From: an uncultured Veillonellaceae bacterium | Lineage (GTDB): Bacteria; Bacillota; Negativicutes; JARBTT01 | Assembly (NCBI GenBank): GCA_963805085.1 | Contig: CAWDTA010000002.1 | Coordinates: forward strand, 1,696,001-1,760,000 | DNA: 64,000 bases | Direction: 5' to 3' | Shown here: in pieces, positions 10,073 to 20,785 of the stretch | How the letters are laid out: each line of letters begins with the position of its first letter | Position numbering within the stretch: the stretch's first letter is position 1 | Program-made: the position numbers and the translations under genes | Notes under the pieces: generated by a model | Seen by the model: the letters and a program-made list of their open reading frames with translations, nothing else | Told to the model about the DNA's origin: nothing | Database searches by the model: none

Positions 10073-11095
10073 CTAATTTTTCTGTGCTTTGATTTGATCT
10101 AGGATACCTGTTTCTTGTATTGATTTAGCTAATTTATCGCCATCTGAGCGCCATTTTTCTTTGGAGTCGTCGGAGTTTAAATACTCCACTTGTAAACCTA
10201 AATTTTCGATATTAGCTTTAAATTCGGGATCGGCAATCATTGCTTTAAATCCTTCTTCTAGCTTAGTTTTAACCTCTAGTGGTAGCTCTTTAGGAGCTGC
10301 CACACCAAACCAGTTCGTTAATACAATATCAAAGCCTTGCTCCTTAAAGGTTGGTATTTGCGCTAGATCGGGGTCAGTTAGTCGCTGTTCGCCTGTTGTT
10401 GCCAGTGCTCTTAGTGTACCAGCTTTAATTTGTTCTTTGACTGTTGATGGGTTAGTAAGAACAATTTGAATATGGTTACCTAACAAAGCAGCGACCTCTT
10501 CGCTAGCACCACGGAAAGGAACTTGTTCAAGAGTAATATCAGCAGATTTCGCGAAGGTTTCGCCAAGAATATGTGGTGGTGAGCCTATCCCCGTATTACC
10601 GGACTTTAGTTGTCCGGGATGCTGTTTGGCATAGTTAATCAAAGCATCGACATTTTGCCAAGGCTGCTGAGCTGGAACTACCATTATCCATGGGTTAGTT
10701 GCAACTTGGGCAAGGGGCTCTAAGGCAGTTGGATAATGATATTTCGTTGTGCCATATAGGGGTTGGATGACTACATCCAGTGCACTAATGCCAAGTGTAT
10801 AACCATCGGGATTTGCGTTCACCAGTTCATTCCAGCCGATGGTGCCTGCTCCACCGGGTTTATTGACAACAACTAAAGGCTGTCCTAGATATTTAGGTGC
10901 CATTTTTTCCAACGTCCGAGCTACAAGATCTAATCCGCCACCAGCACTAAAAGGTACGATGACGGTAATTGGTTTCGTAGGGTAATTATTTTTTGCGGGT
11001 AGTGTTGTTTTGCTTTGCATATCAGTGCAACCTCCTAATAGTATTGAAATAAGTAACAAGCATATAGTAAATAATATTAACGATTTTTCTTTCAC
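10073..11095 (-). CDS. tctC: Tripartite tricarboxylate transporter substrate-binding protein
   Basis: YPTKPITVIVPFSAGGG.D..AR, VVNKPGGAGTIG, PDGYTL (Bug/TctC family). Confidence 0.92.
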   Translation of the reverse strand: MKEKSLILFTICLLLISILLGGCTDMQSKTTLPAKNNYPTKPITVIVPFSAGGGLDLVARTLEKMAPKYLGQPLVVVNKPGGAGTIGWNELVNANPDGYTLGISALDVVIQPLYGTTKYHYPTALEPLAQVATNPWIMVVPAQQPWQNVDALINYAKQHPGQLKSGNTGIGSPPHILGETFAKSADITLEQVPFRGASEEVAALLGNHIQIVLTNPSTVKEQIKAGTLRALATTGEQRLTDPDLAQIPTFKEQGFDIVLTNWFGVAAPKELPLEVKTKLEEGFKAMIADPEFKANIENLGLQVEYLNSDDSKEKWRSDGDKLAKSIQETGILDQIKAQKN

Positions 11096-11117
11096 TACAA
11101 CATCTCCTTGTGTATTA

Positions 11118-12641
11118 TTAAGGCAATTGCGATAAAGAAATTGTTTCCTTTTGACGGTGCTTTAGGCTTATAAACCAGTGAATTACATGATAGAGAATGA
11201 AAGCAGTCCCTACTGCTAAAATGGTTCCAGCAATCGGTCGAGTTATCAGTTCCCCAATATTGCCATTGCAAATAATTAAGCTTTGGATTAAGCCTTGTTC
11301 TAATTCAGGACCGATGACGATACCGATAATAAGTGGGGCTGGTTCAAATCCTGTGCGACGTAGAAAAAAGCCCATAATACCAAAGAACACGATCCACATT
11401 AAATCCAAGACACTGTTGTTGATGGTATAGGCACCCGTTAGCGTCAGGATAGTTACGAGTGGCATCAGAATATAGATTGGTGTTTTGAGTAGTTGGACGA
11501 AAATGCCGACTAGGGGCAAATTAATAATGAGTAGCAGTATATTTCCGACATACATACTAGCGATCAAGCCCCAAAACAAATCAGGCTGTTGGGTGATCAG
11601 TGCAGGCCCGGGAATAATGCCGTGAATCATAAAGCCGCTCAGTAAGATAGCTGTACCACCACAAAATGGTATCCCTAAGGTTAATAGTGGAATCATCGTA
11701 GCGGAATTTGCAGAATTATTGGCTGATTCTGGACCAGCGACTCCTTCGATTGCGCCATGACCAAACTCGGCGGGATTTTTACTACAATATTTCTCTAGTG
11801 CATAGGAAGCAAAGCTTGATGTTGTTCCTGACGGACCCGGCAGCAAACCGATCAAGAAACCTAAAATACCACTGCGGAAGATAGGAACTACTGATCGCCT
11901 AGTTTCTTCACGGGTGGGATATAAATCGCGAAAACGTATTGTTTGTACCTTTGATTGCGTACTTGACTCTGTCATTACCGTGAGGATTTCTCCGATGCCG
12001 AATATTCCCATTGCTAAAAGGGATAAATCAAACCCTCTATCCAGCTCGTCGATGCCAAAGGTAAAGCGACTGATACCAGACATACTGTCAAGGCCAACGG
12101 TTCCTAAGATAATACCAATGGTAACCATTAGTATGGATTTTAAGGTGGAAGTACCAGTTAATTTTGTCAATACAATTAAGCCGATGAGGGCAACGGCAAA
12201 ATATTCTGGCGGTCCAAAGGCCAGCGCGGACTGTGCTAGAGGCGGTGCGAATATAGTTAGACCAATCACGCCGAGGGTGCCAGCAATGAAGGATCCAATG
12301 GCTGATACTGTGAGTGCTGCTCCGCCTCGTCCACGTTGTGCCATCGCGTAGCCGTCTAAACAGGTTACGACGGATGCGGCTTCCCCAGGGACATTCATTA
12401 GGATGGAAGTAGTTGACCCACCGTATTTTGATCCATAATATATCCCAGCGAACATAATCAAAGCTGCAGTACTATCCATGCTATAACTAAAAGGTAACAA
12501 TAATGCAATGGCACTAATCGTATCAATACCTGGCAGTACACCAACTAATGTGCCTAGTAGAACCCCGATGGTACAGGATAGCAAATTGACTGGCATGACG
12601 CTAATAGAAAATCCATGTAGTAACATAGTCAAAGTATCCAA
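11118..12641 (-). CDS. tctA: Tripartite tricarboxylate transporter large permease
   Basis: GVLPGI, YGGSTTSILMNVPG, GVAGPESANN, IPLLTLGIP. Confidence 0.95.
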   Translation of the reverse strand: MDTLTMLLHGFSISVMPVNLLSCTIGVLLGTLVGVLPGIDTISAIALLLPFSYSMDSTAALIMFAGIYYGSKYGGSTTSILMNVPGEAASVVTCLDGYAMAQRGRGGAALTVSAIGSFIAGTLGVIGLTIFAPPLAQSALAFGPPEYFAVALIGLIVLTKLTGTSTLKSILMVTIGIILGTVGLDSMSGISRFTFGIDELDRGFDLSLLAMGIFGIGEILTVMTESSTQSKVQTIRFRDLYPTREETRRSVVPIFRSGILGFLIGLLPGPSGTTSSFASYALEKYCSKNPAEFGHGAIEGVAGPESANNSANSATMIPLLTLGIPFCGGTAILLSGFMIHGIIPGPALITQQPDLFWGLIASMYVGNILLLIINLPLVGIFVQLLKTPIYILMPLVTILTLTGAYTINNSVLDLMWIVFFGIMGFFLRRTGFEPAPLIIGIVIGPELEQGLIQSLIICNGNIGELITRPIAGTILAVGTAFILYHVIHWFISLKHRQKETISLSQLP

Positions 12642-12728
12642 ATTTTCATCTCCTGCCTTTTCGATAATTATACGAATAAAACTCTATTTTAATTTAAAAT
12701 CAGTAAGACTGGGGGTAAACCCTCTGCG

Positions 12729-13148
12729 TTATGGTAATGTAACTGCTAAATAATACTTAAATATCAGATAAAATATTGCAGAACTAGTAGCTGACAGCAG
12801 CAAAGGTAAGCGCCAGCCTGTAGTATCGGCTATCTTGAATAAATATAATAGAAAGACAAATGTGGCGATAAGATAGCCGATAACATTAAAAAGCGTAATA
12901 TAAAAGAGTAAGCCAATAAGAATGAAACTAAACTTTGTCCAGTTTACTTTATTGTTTGTTACGGATTTTTTCGATCGTACTTGATTCACGATCAGTAGTA
13001 GCGAGACGACAACAGCAGTACTCCCCGCTAGGATAGGTAAAAAACCAGAGCGGGGCGATTGGAGGTTGCCAAAAGTAAGCTGCTGAGCAAAGCAAAGATA
13101 AATAATGCTTGCTACTAAAAAAAAGGATGTTACTATTTTTTCAGTCAT
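12729..13148 (-). CDS. tctB: Tripartite tricarboxylate transporter small subunit
   Basis: 4-TM protein, P.SGFLP motif, C-terminal L.V.LP; adjacent to tctA. Confidence 0.88.
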   Translation of the reverse strand: MTEKIVTSFFLVASIIYLCFAQQLTFGNLQSPRSGFLPILAGSTAVVVSLLLIVNQVRSKKSVTNNKVNWTKFSFILIGLLFYITLFNVIGYLIATFVFLLYLFKIADTTGWRLPLLLSATSSAIFYLIFKYYLAVTLP

Positions 13149-13185
13149 ATTCAGATACCTCTGCTTCCTAAGATTTTTGTGATGC

Positions 13186-14664
13186 TTAATCCGGTCCTGA
13201 AAAGTCGGGATTAAACCGGATGGTAAAGGTTGTTCCTTTTCCTAGTTCACTATCAACAGTCAATATTGCGTCATGGCGTAGGGCAATTCGATAACAGATA
13301 GCTAAACCAAGACCAGTACCACTTTCTTTGGTGGTAAAAAATGGGGTTCCAAGCTTATCTTTAATTTCTAAGGGAATACCTGTCCCTGAATCTTCTATAG
13401 ATAATAGTACTTTTTCATCAATCATTTTAGTGCTAATGGTAATGACACCCTTGTTAGGCATGGCATCTAGCCCATTCCTTACCATATTAAAAAGAAATTG
13501 ATGGATGCTGCTTCGGTCTAAAGAGAGCATAGGAATCGTATTTAAACTAAGTTTAATCTCACAATTATTACATAAGGCATCAGCCTGCAGTAAAGGATAG
13601 AGATCCTGGATAATAATATTGAGATTGTTTTCGCTAAAATCCATTGCTCTATTTTTGGCCAGCGACAAAAATTCAGTGATAATACTATTGGCACGATCTA
13701 GCTCACTAATCATCAGTGAAAAATTTTCTTTTTGATTAATAAATTCTTTTTTATCACCGATAAATTGCAATAGGCCTCTTACGGTTGTCATCGGATTTCG
13801 TATCTCATGAGCAATACCAGCTGCCATTTCGCCAATAATATTTAAGCGGTCTAGACGGGTCATTTTTTCAGTTTGCTCACTAATATAATTAAGAATCGGA
13901 GAGAATTCGGCGATTTCACTACGATAATCGTAAGAATGGCCAGAGTATATCGATTCAGCAAATGAATGAAGGTCGTCTTTTAACTTCACGAACAACTCAC
14001 GAAAAATGCTAATGCATACTAATAGCATTAGAAATGCGCCTAAAAAGGTATTTACTGTCCGTTTCCAGATGGTTGAAAAAACTTCATCTTGATTGACTGT
14101 AGCAAAAACATAGCCAACGACAACGCCGTTCTCCTCAATTGGCCTAGTACAGGTGATTGTATTTGCTCCATGCCATACAATTGACTTACTATTTCTGAAT
14201 AGATGCTCGGTAGCGTTTTTATAAATTGTATAATTTTGATTGGACTGAATGTCAATCAGTAAAGACTTATCAGGCTGTGGCCCAATGGCAACGATGCTTT
14301 CACATTGCTTTGAATAAAAACCAAATTTAATTGTATTCATTGGGATGATAATATCACTTATTATGGGTTGGAGCTCTTCGTTGAGAGCCAGTGCTTGGTC
14401 TCGTTTTAGGTTGGTAGGATCACCTTGATTGGTGGGGAGTTCAGAAAAAACATTGTATGGTTTTTTTTTGAGTAATATATCAGTAATAGATAGAATATAT
14501 TGGGTATTTTTCGCATTTTCCTCTTGTAATGAGAGCCAATGGTTATAGGCTGTCGACGTTATGATTAGTAAAAAAACAACGGTAATTATTTTTATATTCA
14601 ATGTTGTTGCTAGATTGTAACCTTTCATTCTTAAAAGCCTCTCTAGTGCATAATATTGCACCAA
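13186..14664 (-). CDS. Sensor histidine kinase (sporulation-kinase/NtrB-like core)
   Basis: GEMAAGIAHEIRNPMT H-box; N, D.GTG, PFFTTK, GTGLGL boxes; two TM segments. Confidence 0.92.
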   Translation of the reverse strand: MVQYYALERLLRMKGYNLATTLNIKIITVVFLLIITSTAYNHWLSLQEENAKNTQYILSITDILLKKKPYNVFSELPTNQGDPTNLKRDQALALNEELQPIISDIIIPMNTIKFGFYSKQCESIVAIGPQPDKSLLIDIQSNQNYTIYKNATEHLFRNSKSIVWHGANTITCTRPIEENGVVVGYVFATVNQDEVFSTIWKRTVNTFLGAFLMLLVCISIFRELFVKLKDDLHSFAESIYSGHSYDYRSEIAEFSPILNYISEQTEKMTRLDRLNIIGEMAAGIAHEIRNPMTTVRGLLQFIGDKKEFINQKENFSLMISELDRANSIITEFLSLAKNRAMDFSENNLNIIIQDLYPLLQADALCNNCEIKLSLNTIPMLSLDRSSIHQFLFNMVRNGLDAMPNKGVITISTKMIDEKVLLSIEDSGTGIPLEIKDKLGTPFFTTKESGTGLGLAICYRIALRHDAILTVDSELGKGTTFTIRFNPDFSGPD

Positions 14665-14795
14665 TGCATTAGTGTTGTAGATTGCTTTACAATTAACAAC
14701 ATATTAACCTAATAATGTAGATTTTTCTTATTTGTGTTTATTACTTCGCCAAGAAAAATCAAAATCCTTCCATTTTTATTAAAGAAGTTAATAGT

Positions 14796-14850
14796 TGAAT
14801 ACAAAAACACCTATCAAGCAAATGTATCATGATAGGTGTTTTTGTATTCA
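14796..14850 (-). terminator. Long hairpin terminator downstream of symporter
   Basis: TGAATACAAAAACACCTATCA...TGATAGGTGTTTTTGTATTCA inverted repeat. Confidence 0.75.
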
Positions 14851-14875
14851 TAGCAATCGCTTACTTTTTATTGCT

Positions 14876-16276
14876 TTATGCACATTCAGAGGCGGCAATT
14901 GACTTTGAATCGAGTAAATAGGTTAAGAGGAACGTTCCAACACAAGCAATCCATTCGAGATAAATCACGTGAGGGAAGATACGAATGGAAGGGCAAGTCT
15001 GCCAAAAGACTAAAACAACTATGCTAGCTGCAATCGTATAAAAAGCAGCATTCTTACGGCAAAGAGAAGGAGCAAACAGGGTGAAGAGAACAATAACACT
15101 AAAGGAAGCAGTTAAACTAAGACCAACCATCAGCGTATTGATGATGCCGCTAATCGTCATCGCAAAAATGAGAGTTAATAGTCCCAATAATAGTACAGCT
15201 GCCTTGGTGACGAAGAGAAACTGTTTATCGCTGACAGTAGGATTTATAAATTTTTTATAAATATCTTGGGAGAACAACGTTGCAGAGCTGAGGAGCAGGT
15301 TACAGGCGGTTGATACATCTGCTGCCCATAAAGCGGCAAGCGTGATACCCGCTAGAATTGGATTCAAAGACATAATCGTCATTGGCAAAGCCATCGCCGG
15401 GCTTGCATCAGGAAACATCGTCCTGGCAATTACACCTAGTAACGCACTGACAAAACCAATCGGTAGCATCATTAAGCCGCCAATGATAAAACCACGGCGG
15501 GCTGTTTGTACGTCTTTGGCCCCTAAAGAAATTTGAATGATGCTTTGTAAAGATAAGTTAACTGTTACTAGTACCAGCATCCAAGTAATGATGCCAGTAA
15601 TACCAACACCATCAAAGAAACTGAGGTAAGGGACACTCGCAGGTAGTTGAGCTTCGATGCTTGCCAGGCCGCCAGCATGGGTTACGCTGACGATTGTGGC
15701 TAAGATAATGCCGATATATTTTAGTGAGACATTTAAAATATTGGAAAGACTAGCGGACCACATACCGCCAATCATTGTAACGCTAATGAATACGACAGCA
15801 CTGGTAAGCATACCTGTAGTTAGTGTAAATATTTCGGGCATTAAAGCCGAAAGAATACTGCCACCAGCTAGATATTGTAGGGACATAATGACGAGCTGAA
15901 TAACAATCTGGCAGGCAATGCCAGCAATCATACCCTTTTTATCATAATATCTACCTAATAGTTCGGGGATAGTGGTAATATTAAGTTCGCGATATTTTTT
16001 TGCCACGAGCATTCCCATTGTAATCGCGCCGACCCCCCAAGCTGTTGTATACCAACCAGCGGAGAGGCCGACTTTATAAGCTTGTTCAGCGACACCAATT
16101 GTTGATGCCCCACCAACAGCAAGCCCGACAATCGACACCGTAATCAGCGGCGTTGTCAGCTTTCTGCCGGCTAAGATATAATTTGTAGCACTGCCCGCAG
16201 AGCGACGTTGTGCAAAATAACTGATTGCAAAGAGTAGGAAAATATAGATACATACGATGAGAAATGGAATATTCAT
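14876..16276 (-). CDS. Sodium:solute symporter family protein (probably amino acid, e.g. proline)
   Basis: YILAGRKL, TIPELLGRYY, GGMWS, multi-TM SSS pattern; upstream T-box leader. Confidence 0.88.
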   Translation of the reverse strand: MNIPFLIVCIYIFLLFAISYFAQRRSAGSATNYILAGRKLTTPLITVSIVGLAVGGASTIGVAEQAYKVGLSAGWYTTAWGVGAITMGMLVAKKYRELNITTIPELLGRYYDKKGMIAGIACQIVIQLVIMSLQYLAGGSILSALMPEIFTLTTGMLTSAVVFISVTMIGGMWSASLSNILNVSLKYIGIILATIVSVTHAGGLASIEAQLPASVPYLSFFDGVGITGIITWMLVLVTVNLSLQSIIQISLGAKDVQTARRGFIIGGLMMLPIGFVSALLGVIARTMFPDASPAMALPMTIMSLNPILAGITLAALWAADVSTACNLLLSSATLFSQDIYKKFINPTVSDKQFLFVTKAAVLLLGLLTLIFAMTISGIINTLMVGLSLTASFSVIVLFTLFAPSLCRKNAAFYTIAASIVVLVFWQTCPSIRIFPHVIYLEWIACVGTFLLTYLLDSKSIAASECA

Positions 16277-16340
16277 AAGTAAACCTCCTTAAAGTAAATA
16301 AATTGTATTCATCTATTTTATTTTATAATGGCAATAAAAT

Positions 16341-16630
16341 AAAAAACGCCCCTCGTAAAGAGGGACGATATGACCGTGGTACCACCCAAATTTAACCTCA
16401 GGACAAAAATAAAAAGCGATACCGATAAGGGACGAATCACCGCGGTACCACCCTAGTTTTAATCATAAGATTAGCTCTATGTCTATAACGTAGACGATAC
16501 GGCAAAACCTACTGTAATTTCAGTCCGCAGCTCGGGAAGGAACTTCATTGTGCGTTTTCAACTAGTTTGCACCAACCACTAGCTCTCTGTGTGAAAAAAA
16601 CAAAATTACTTTTTTCCGTCATCACCAATA
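16341..16630 (-). promoter_or_regulatory. T-box riboswitch leader with one Stem I and two antiterminator motifs
   Basis: Minus strand: GATGA..AGTA, AGAGAGCT, GGTGCAA, GAAGTTCCTT specifier region; GGGTGGTACCGCG (16441-16453) and GGGTGGTACCACG (16375-16387); terminator CGTCCCTC-GAGGGGCG-T6. Confidence 0.93.
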
Positions 16631-16650
16631 TATGATATAGTATTGTAACG

Positions 16651-16679
16651 ATTATAAATTGTTACAATACTATTGTCAA
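16651..16679 (-). promoter_or_regulatory. Sigma-A promoter of T-box/symporter transcript
   Basis: TTGACA-17 bp-TATAAT perfect consensus on minus strand. Confidence 0.85.
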
Positions 16680-16900
16680 TATGCAAGGTACTATTATTTA
16701 CGATTTTTAGCTTTATCACATGAAATAATCATAAAAATATCATAGTGATTAGCACGGCGTTACTAAAAGTCAAATCGGATATTGTATATATTTTATGATT
16801 TGGCTTAGCGTAAAAATGATAATGCTGAATGATTGCAGGAAAAGTCATTCGTAAAGGAGAAATATTTTAAGTTAGTTTTATCATAAGTGAGGGATTATAT

Positions 16901-18652
16901 ATGTCAATTTATAAAAAATTTATTCAATACTATAAACCATATCAGCGATTATTTTATTTTGATTTGTTTTGTGCACTGGTTGTTTCAATGATCGACCTAG
17001 TATTTCCACAGATTCTCTCTGTTCTTACGCATGGAGTTTTTACTCGTGATGCAAATCAAATCATGAATGTACTTGGTATCATTGGTGTAGGAATGCTTGT
17101 TATGTACAGCGTTCGTTATGCTTGTCAATACTATATCACTACCTGGGGACATATCATGGGGGCAAGAATGGAAAGTGATATGCGTCAGGATTTGTTTAAT
17201 CACTATCAAAGACTTTCTTTTTCTTATTATGATCGTAACAACACTGGCGAGATGATGTCCAAGCTGGTATCGGATTTGTTTGATATCTCAGAATTGGCGC
17301 ATCATGGGCCGGAAAATATTTTTATATCGACGATCAAGATTTTAGGTTCTTTTGCATTTTTGCTATTGCTTAATGTGAAAATGACCTTGATTCTTTTTGT
17401 TGTCACCTTGTTCATGATTATTTTTAGTATTTATAAAAATAGAAAAATGAAAGCTGTGTTCATGGATAATCGAAAAAAAATTGCCGGCGTTAACTCGCGG
17501 GTGCAGGATAGCCTCTCTGGTATTCGTGTTGTCAAATCTTTTGCCAATGAGGAGCTAGAACGAGAAAAGTTTAGTTATAGTAATCTAGAGTTTTTGGATT
17601 CAAAAGAAGGCAGCTATAAAATCATGGGAAGTTTTCATGCAGGAAACGCTTTTTTTCAGGGGTTACTATATACGGCGGTGCTCGTCAGTGGCGGCTTCTT
17701 TATTGCCAATGACAGTTTGAATGTCGCTGATCTGGCTGTATATGCACTGTATATCGGTATTTTTCTCAATCCGATTGATGTGTTAATCAATTTTACGGAG
17801 CAGTTTCAAAAAGGCTACTCTGGTTTCAAACGTTTTATGGAGGTAGTAGGTACAACTCCAGAAATTTTAGACAAACCGGATGCGACTATGCTGACCAATG
17901 TTGCTGGCAATATCGTTTATAAAAATGTTTCCTTTCGATATAATCAAAATACTGGCGTGTTAAATAAGGTCGATATCGCGATTACCGCAGGGGAAACCGT
18001 CGCATTAGTCGGCCCTTCTGGTGGAGGTAAGACAACGTTATGTTCACTATTGCCACGCTTTTATGATGTGACGGAGGGATCCATTATGATTGATGGAAAA
18101 GATGTGCGTGATGTTACGCTTAAATCGTTGCGTAGTGCGATTGGGATCGTTCAGCAGGATGTCTATATCTTTGCTGGTAGTATCCGTGACAATATTGCTT
18201 ACGGTAAGCCTAAGGCTACAGATGAAGAAATTATAGAAGCTGCTAGAAACGCCAACATCCATGAGTTTATTATGAGTCTGGATAATGATTACGACAGCTA
18301 TGTTGGTGAACGGGGGACACGACTTTCCGGTGGGCAGAAACAAAGAATTGCCATTGCCCGTGTCTTTTTGAAAAACCCACAGATTCTCATTTTAGATGAA
18401 GCCACCTCTGCGCTGGATAATGAAAGTGAACGCTATATTCAGACTTCCTTGGAACGACTATCAAAAGATCGTACGACCATTGTCGTTGCCCATAGACTCA
18501 GTACCATCCGCAATGCGGATGAAATCATTGTAATCAATCACAGTGGAATTCAAGAACGTGGTTCGCATGAAGAATTATTGGCGAAAGATGGACTTTACGC
18601 TAAATATTATAAAATGCAATTTCAAGGACTCGATGAACTAGAAGAAGGCTAA
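16901..18652 (+). CDS. ABC transporter fused permease/ATP-binding protein (exporter type)
   Basis: 6-TM N-half; GPSGGGKTT, LSGGQKQR, ILDEATSALD. Confidence 0.95.
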   Translation: MSIYKKFIQYYKPYQRLFYFDLFCALVVSMIDLVFPQILSVLTHGVFTRDANQIMNVLGIIGVGMLVMYSVRYACQYYITTWGHIMGARMESDMRQDLFNHYQRLSFSYYDRNNTGEMMSKLVSDLFDISELAHHGPENIFISTIKILGSFAFLLLLNVKMTLILFVVTLFMIIFSIYKNRKMKAVFMDNRKKIAGVNSRVQDSLSGIRVVKSFANEELEREKFSYSNLEFLDSKEGSYKIMGSFHAGNAFFQGLLYTAVLVSGGFFIANDSLNVADLAVYALYIGIFLNPIDVLINFTEQFQKGYSGFKRFMEVVGTTPEILDKPDATMLTNVAGNIVYKNVSFRYNQNTGVLNKVDIAITAGETVALVGPSGGGKTTLCSLLPRFYDVTEGSIMIDGKDVRDVTLKSLRSAIGIVQQDVYIFAGSIRDNIAYGKPKATDEEIIEAARNANIHEFIMSLDNDYDSYVGERGTRLSGGQKQRIAIARVFLKNPQILILDEATSALDNESERYIQTSLERLSKDRTTIVVAHRLSTIRNADEIIVINHSGIQERGSHEELLAKDGLYAKYYKMQFQGLDELEEG

Positions 18653-18802
18653 AGTAAATTTGTAATGTTAACTTTTTACTTGCTTCAAAAGTTTCGCCAT
18701 ATTTTTACCGAGAGTTTGAAAGGTCTCTAGTGCTATACACTTTTGGAATGATAAAGAAAAAGCAACGAACTATCTAGAAAATAGTTTAGTTGCTTTTTGT
18801 GT

Positions 18803-19726
18803 TTATAAATCTAAATCCCAACGTTCTTCTAAGATCATTTCACCCCAAGTGGAGTTTTTATGGGAACTTGTTAGTGAAAAACCATGACTCTTATAGATGT
18901 GCCGCACAGTTTTTAGCGAGTTGATTGTTTTAAGAAAAACATGTTTATAGCCTTTTTCACGACAAAAATCTAATGCCATTTTTACGAGTTTGTGACCTAA
19001 ACCTCTACCACGTAATTCAGGTTCAATTAAAAAATATCTTAATTGAACAGTTGAATTTTCTGATTTGACGATTACTATGCTGCCTACAGGTTTGTTCTTT
19101 ATTTCTGCGACTAGCATGCATTCACAAGTCGCATCATAATGCTGTGCAAAATGATGTACACCTGTATCTACATAATCGCTAAAAGCTGAAGTTAAACCAT
19201 ATTCTTCATCATATAAAATGCGATGACGGGAGATAACATAATCAATATCTTTGTCAATGAAGTTTCGTATTAGGATAGGATTCATACTATCTGCAAGGAT
19301 GCTTTTGACTGTTTCCATTGCTTCGGTAACTTTTACAAGCTGACTTTGCTCTAACGGATGAATAAGAGAAGTAATTTGCTCATCAGATTTTTTTTCTAGA
19401 ATTGTTAATGTTTCATGCCCTTTTGGTGTTAAAGTAATGAAATTTACTCTATTATCTCTCTGAGATTGAACCTTTGCAATAAGTGCGTCCTTTTCTAATT
19501 TTTTGATGATTCGACTCATATAACTACGGTCTATATCTAGTTGAATTGACAATGTATTCGCTGTGCACTGGTTTATTCTGCTTATTTCGAGAATGACACG
19601 AGCCTCCGTTAAGGAGTAACCACTTCCTAAGATATGTTGATTTAGTAATCCTAAAATATCGGTATAAAAACGATTGAAACTTCTAATTTTATTAATGGAA
19701 TCAAGATTTTTTTGCATACGAATCAC
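18803..19726 (-). CDS. MarR-GNAT bifunctional regulator/acetyltransferase
   Basis: IRSFNRFYT..SLTEARV wHTH; C-terminal LRYFLIEPELRGRGLG. Confidence 0.92.
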   Translation of the reverse strand: MIRMQKNLDSINKIRSFNRFYTDILGLLNQHILGSGYSLTEARVILEISRINQCTANTLSIQLDIDRSYMSRIIKKLEKDALIAKVQSQRDNRVNFITLTPKGHETLTILEKKSDEQITSLIHPLEQSQLVKVTEAMETVKSILADSMNPILIRNFIDKDIDYVISRHRILYDEEYGLTSAFSDYVDTGVHHFAQHYDATCECMLVAEIKNKPVGSIVIVKSENSTVQLRYFLIEPELRGRGLGHKLVKMALDFCREKGYKHVFLKTINSLKTVRHIYKSHGFSLTSSHKNSTWGEMILEERWDLDL

Positions 19727-19735
19727 CTTCTAAAA

Positions 19736-19766
19736 TTCAATTAATGGACTTAGTCCATTAATTGAA
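19736..19766. promoter_or_regulatory. Palindromic operator upstream of MarR-GNAT gene
   Basis: TTCAATTAATGGACT-T-AGTCCATTAATTGAA, perfect 15-bp arms. Confidence 0.7.
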
Positions 19767-19981
19767 GAATAAGAAAAATGATGAATTTTGTCAACATTTT
19801 TATTTTGATAACTTTATGAAAAAATCATTTAATAGCTGAAAAATCTTAGATGTATAGCGGTGGTGGAGCTAAATAAATTCCTAAATGAAAAAGCCTGCGA
19901 TCCTGCGATATTGTATACTATAAATATAGAAGTATCATTAATTTACAAGCTAAAACGTAGTCATTAAGGTAGGAGAAAAAA

Positions 19982-20785
19982 ATGAATGAAAAATGGACGA
20001 TAGGTGAAGTAGCAAAACTTTTTGACGTATCAACGGATACCTTGCGCTATTATGAAAAGATTGGTATCATTTCACCGCATAAGAGTGATGAGAACGGATA
20101 TAGGTATTATTCCTATGATGAGATAGTGGTGCTTATGGATATATTGTTTTTTCGTAATATGGAGCTATCAGTTAAAGACATTAGGAATATTATAACGAAA
20201 ATGAATGTTGGTGATATTAAAAATATCCTTTATCAAAACCAAAGAATAGTTGAAAATAGGATAGAAGAATTAAGTAAGTTAAAGAAAATGATTACCCAAG
20301 CTGCTTCTCAATATAAGCTATGTGAAGAACGATTGGGCAAGTTGTCCATTGTTTCTGTCCCTGCCTTTAAATATAAGCTTATTGGCATGCAGGCGAATGA
20401 CCTAGTTGCTACGATCCGTAAATATAAAGAAGAAGATTGGATAGATGACCGTATACGATATACTCTATTAGTCCCGCAGGAGGAACTTCTGGAAAATCCA
20501 AATTTTTGTTCGGCGCAAGTGGGGATTAGTGTTGATGAAGAAAATTTGTGTATGCTGGATCTCTCAGAACAGCAGGAGCTTTCATCTTTAGACGCTGCGG
20601 AGTATTTATACACAATCGTAGGCACAAATTATGCAGAACAAGAAAATGATGTACTAAGGAAAGCGTTAGATTACCTGAACACAGAAGGGCGACAAGTAAA
20701 AGGGGCTTTAGTTGGAAGATACCTTGCAAGTTCGCATAAAGATGGTCTTGATTATTATGAAATTTGGATTGCAATTCATCCTTGA
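19982..20785 (+). CDS. MerR-family transcriptional regulator
   Basis: TIGEVAKLFDVSTDTLRYYEKIG..NGYRYYS; GyrI-like C-terminus. Confidence 0.93.
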   Translation: MNEKWTIGEVAKLFDVSTDTLRYYEKIGIISPHKSDENGYRYYSYDEIVVLMDILFFRNMELSVKDIRNIITKMNVGDIKNILYQNQRIVENRIEELSKLKKMITQAASQYKLCEERLGKLSIVSVPAFKYKLIGMQANDLVATIRKYKEEDWIDDRIRYTLLVPQEELLENPNFCSAQVGISVDEENLCMLDLSEQQELSSLDAAEYLYTIVGTNYAEQENDVLRKALDYLNTEGRQVKGALVGRYLASSHKDGLDYYEIWIAIHP

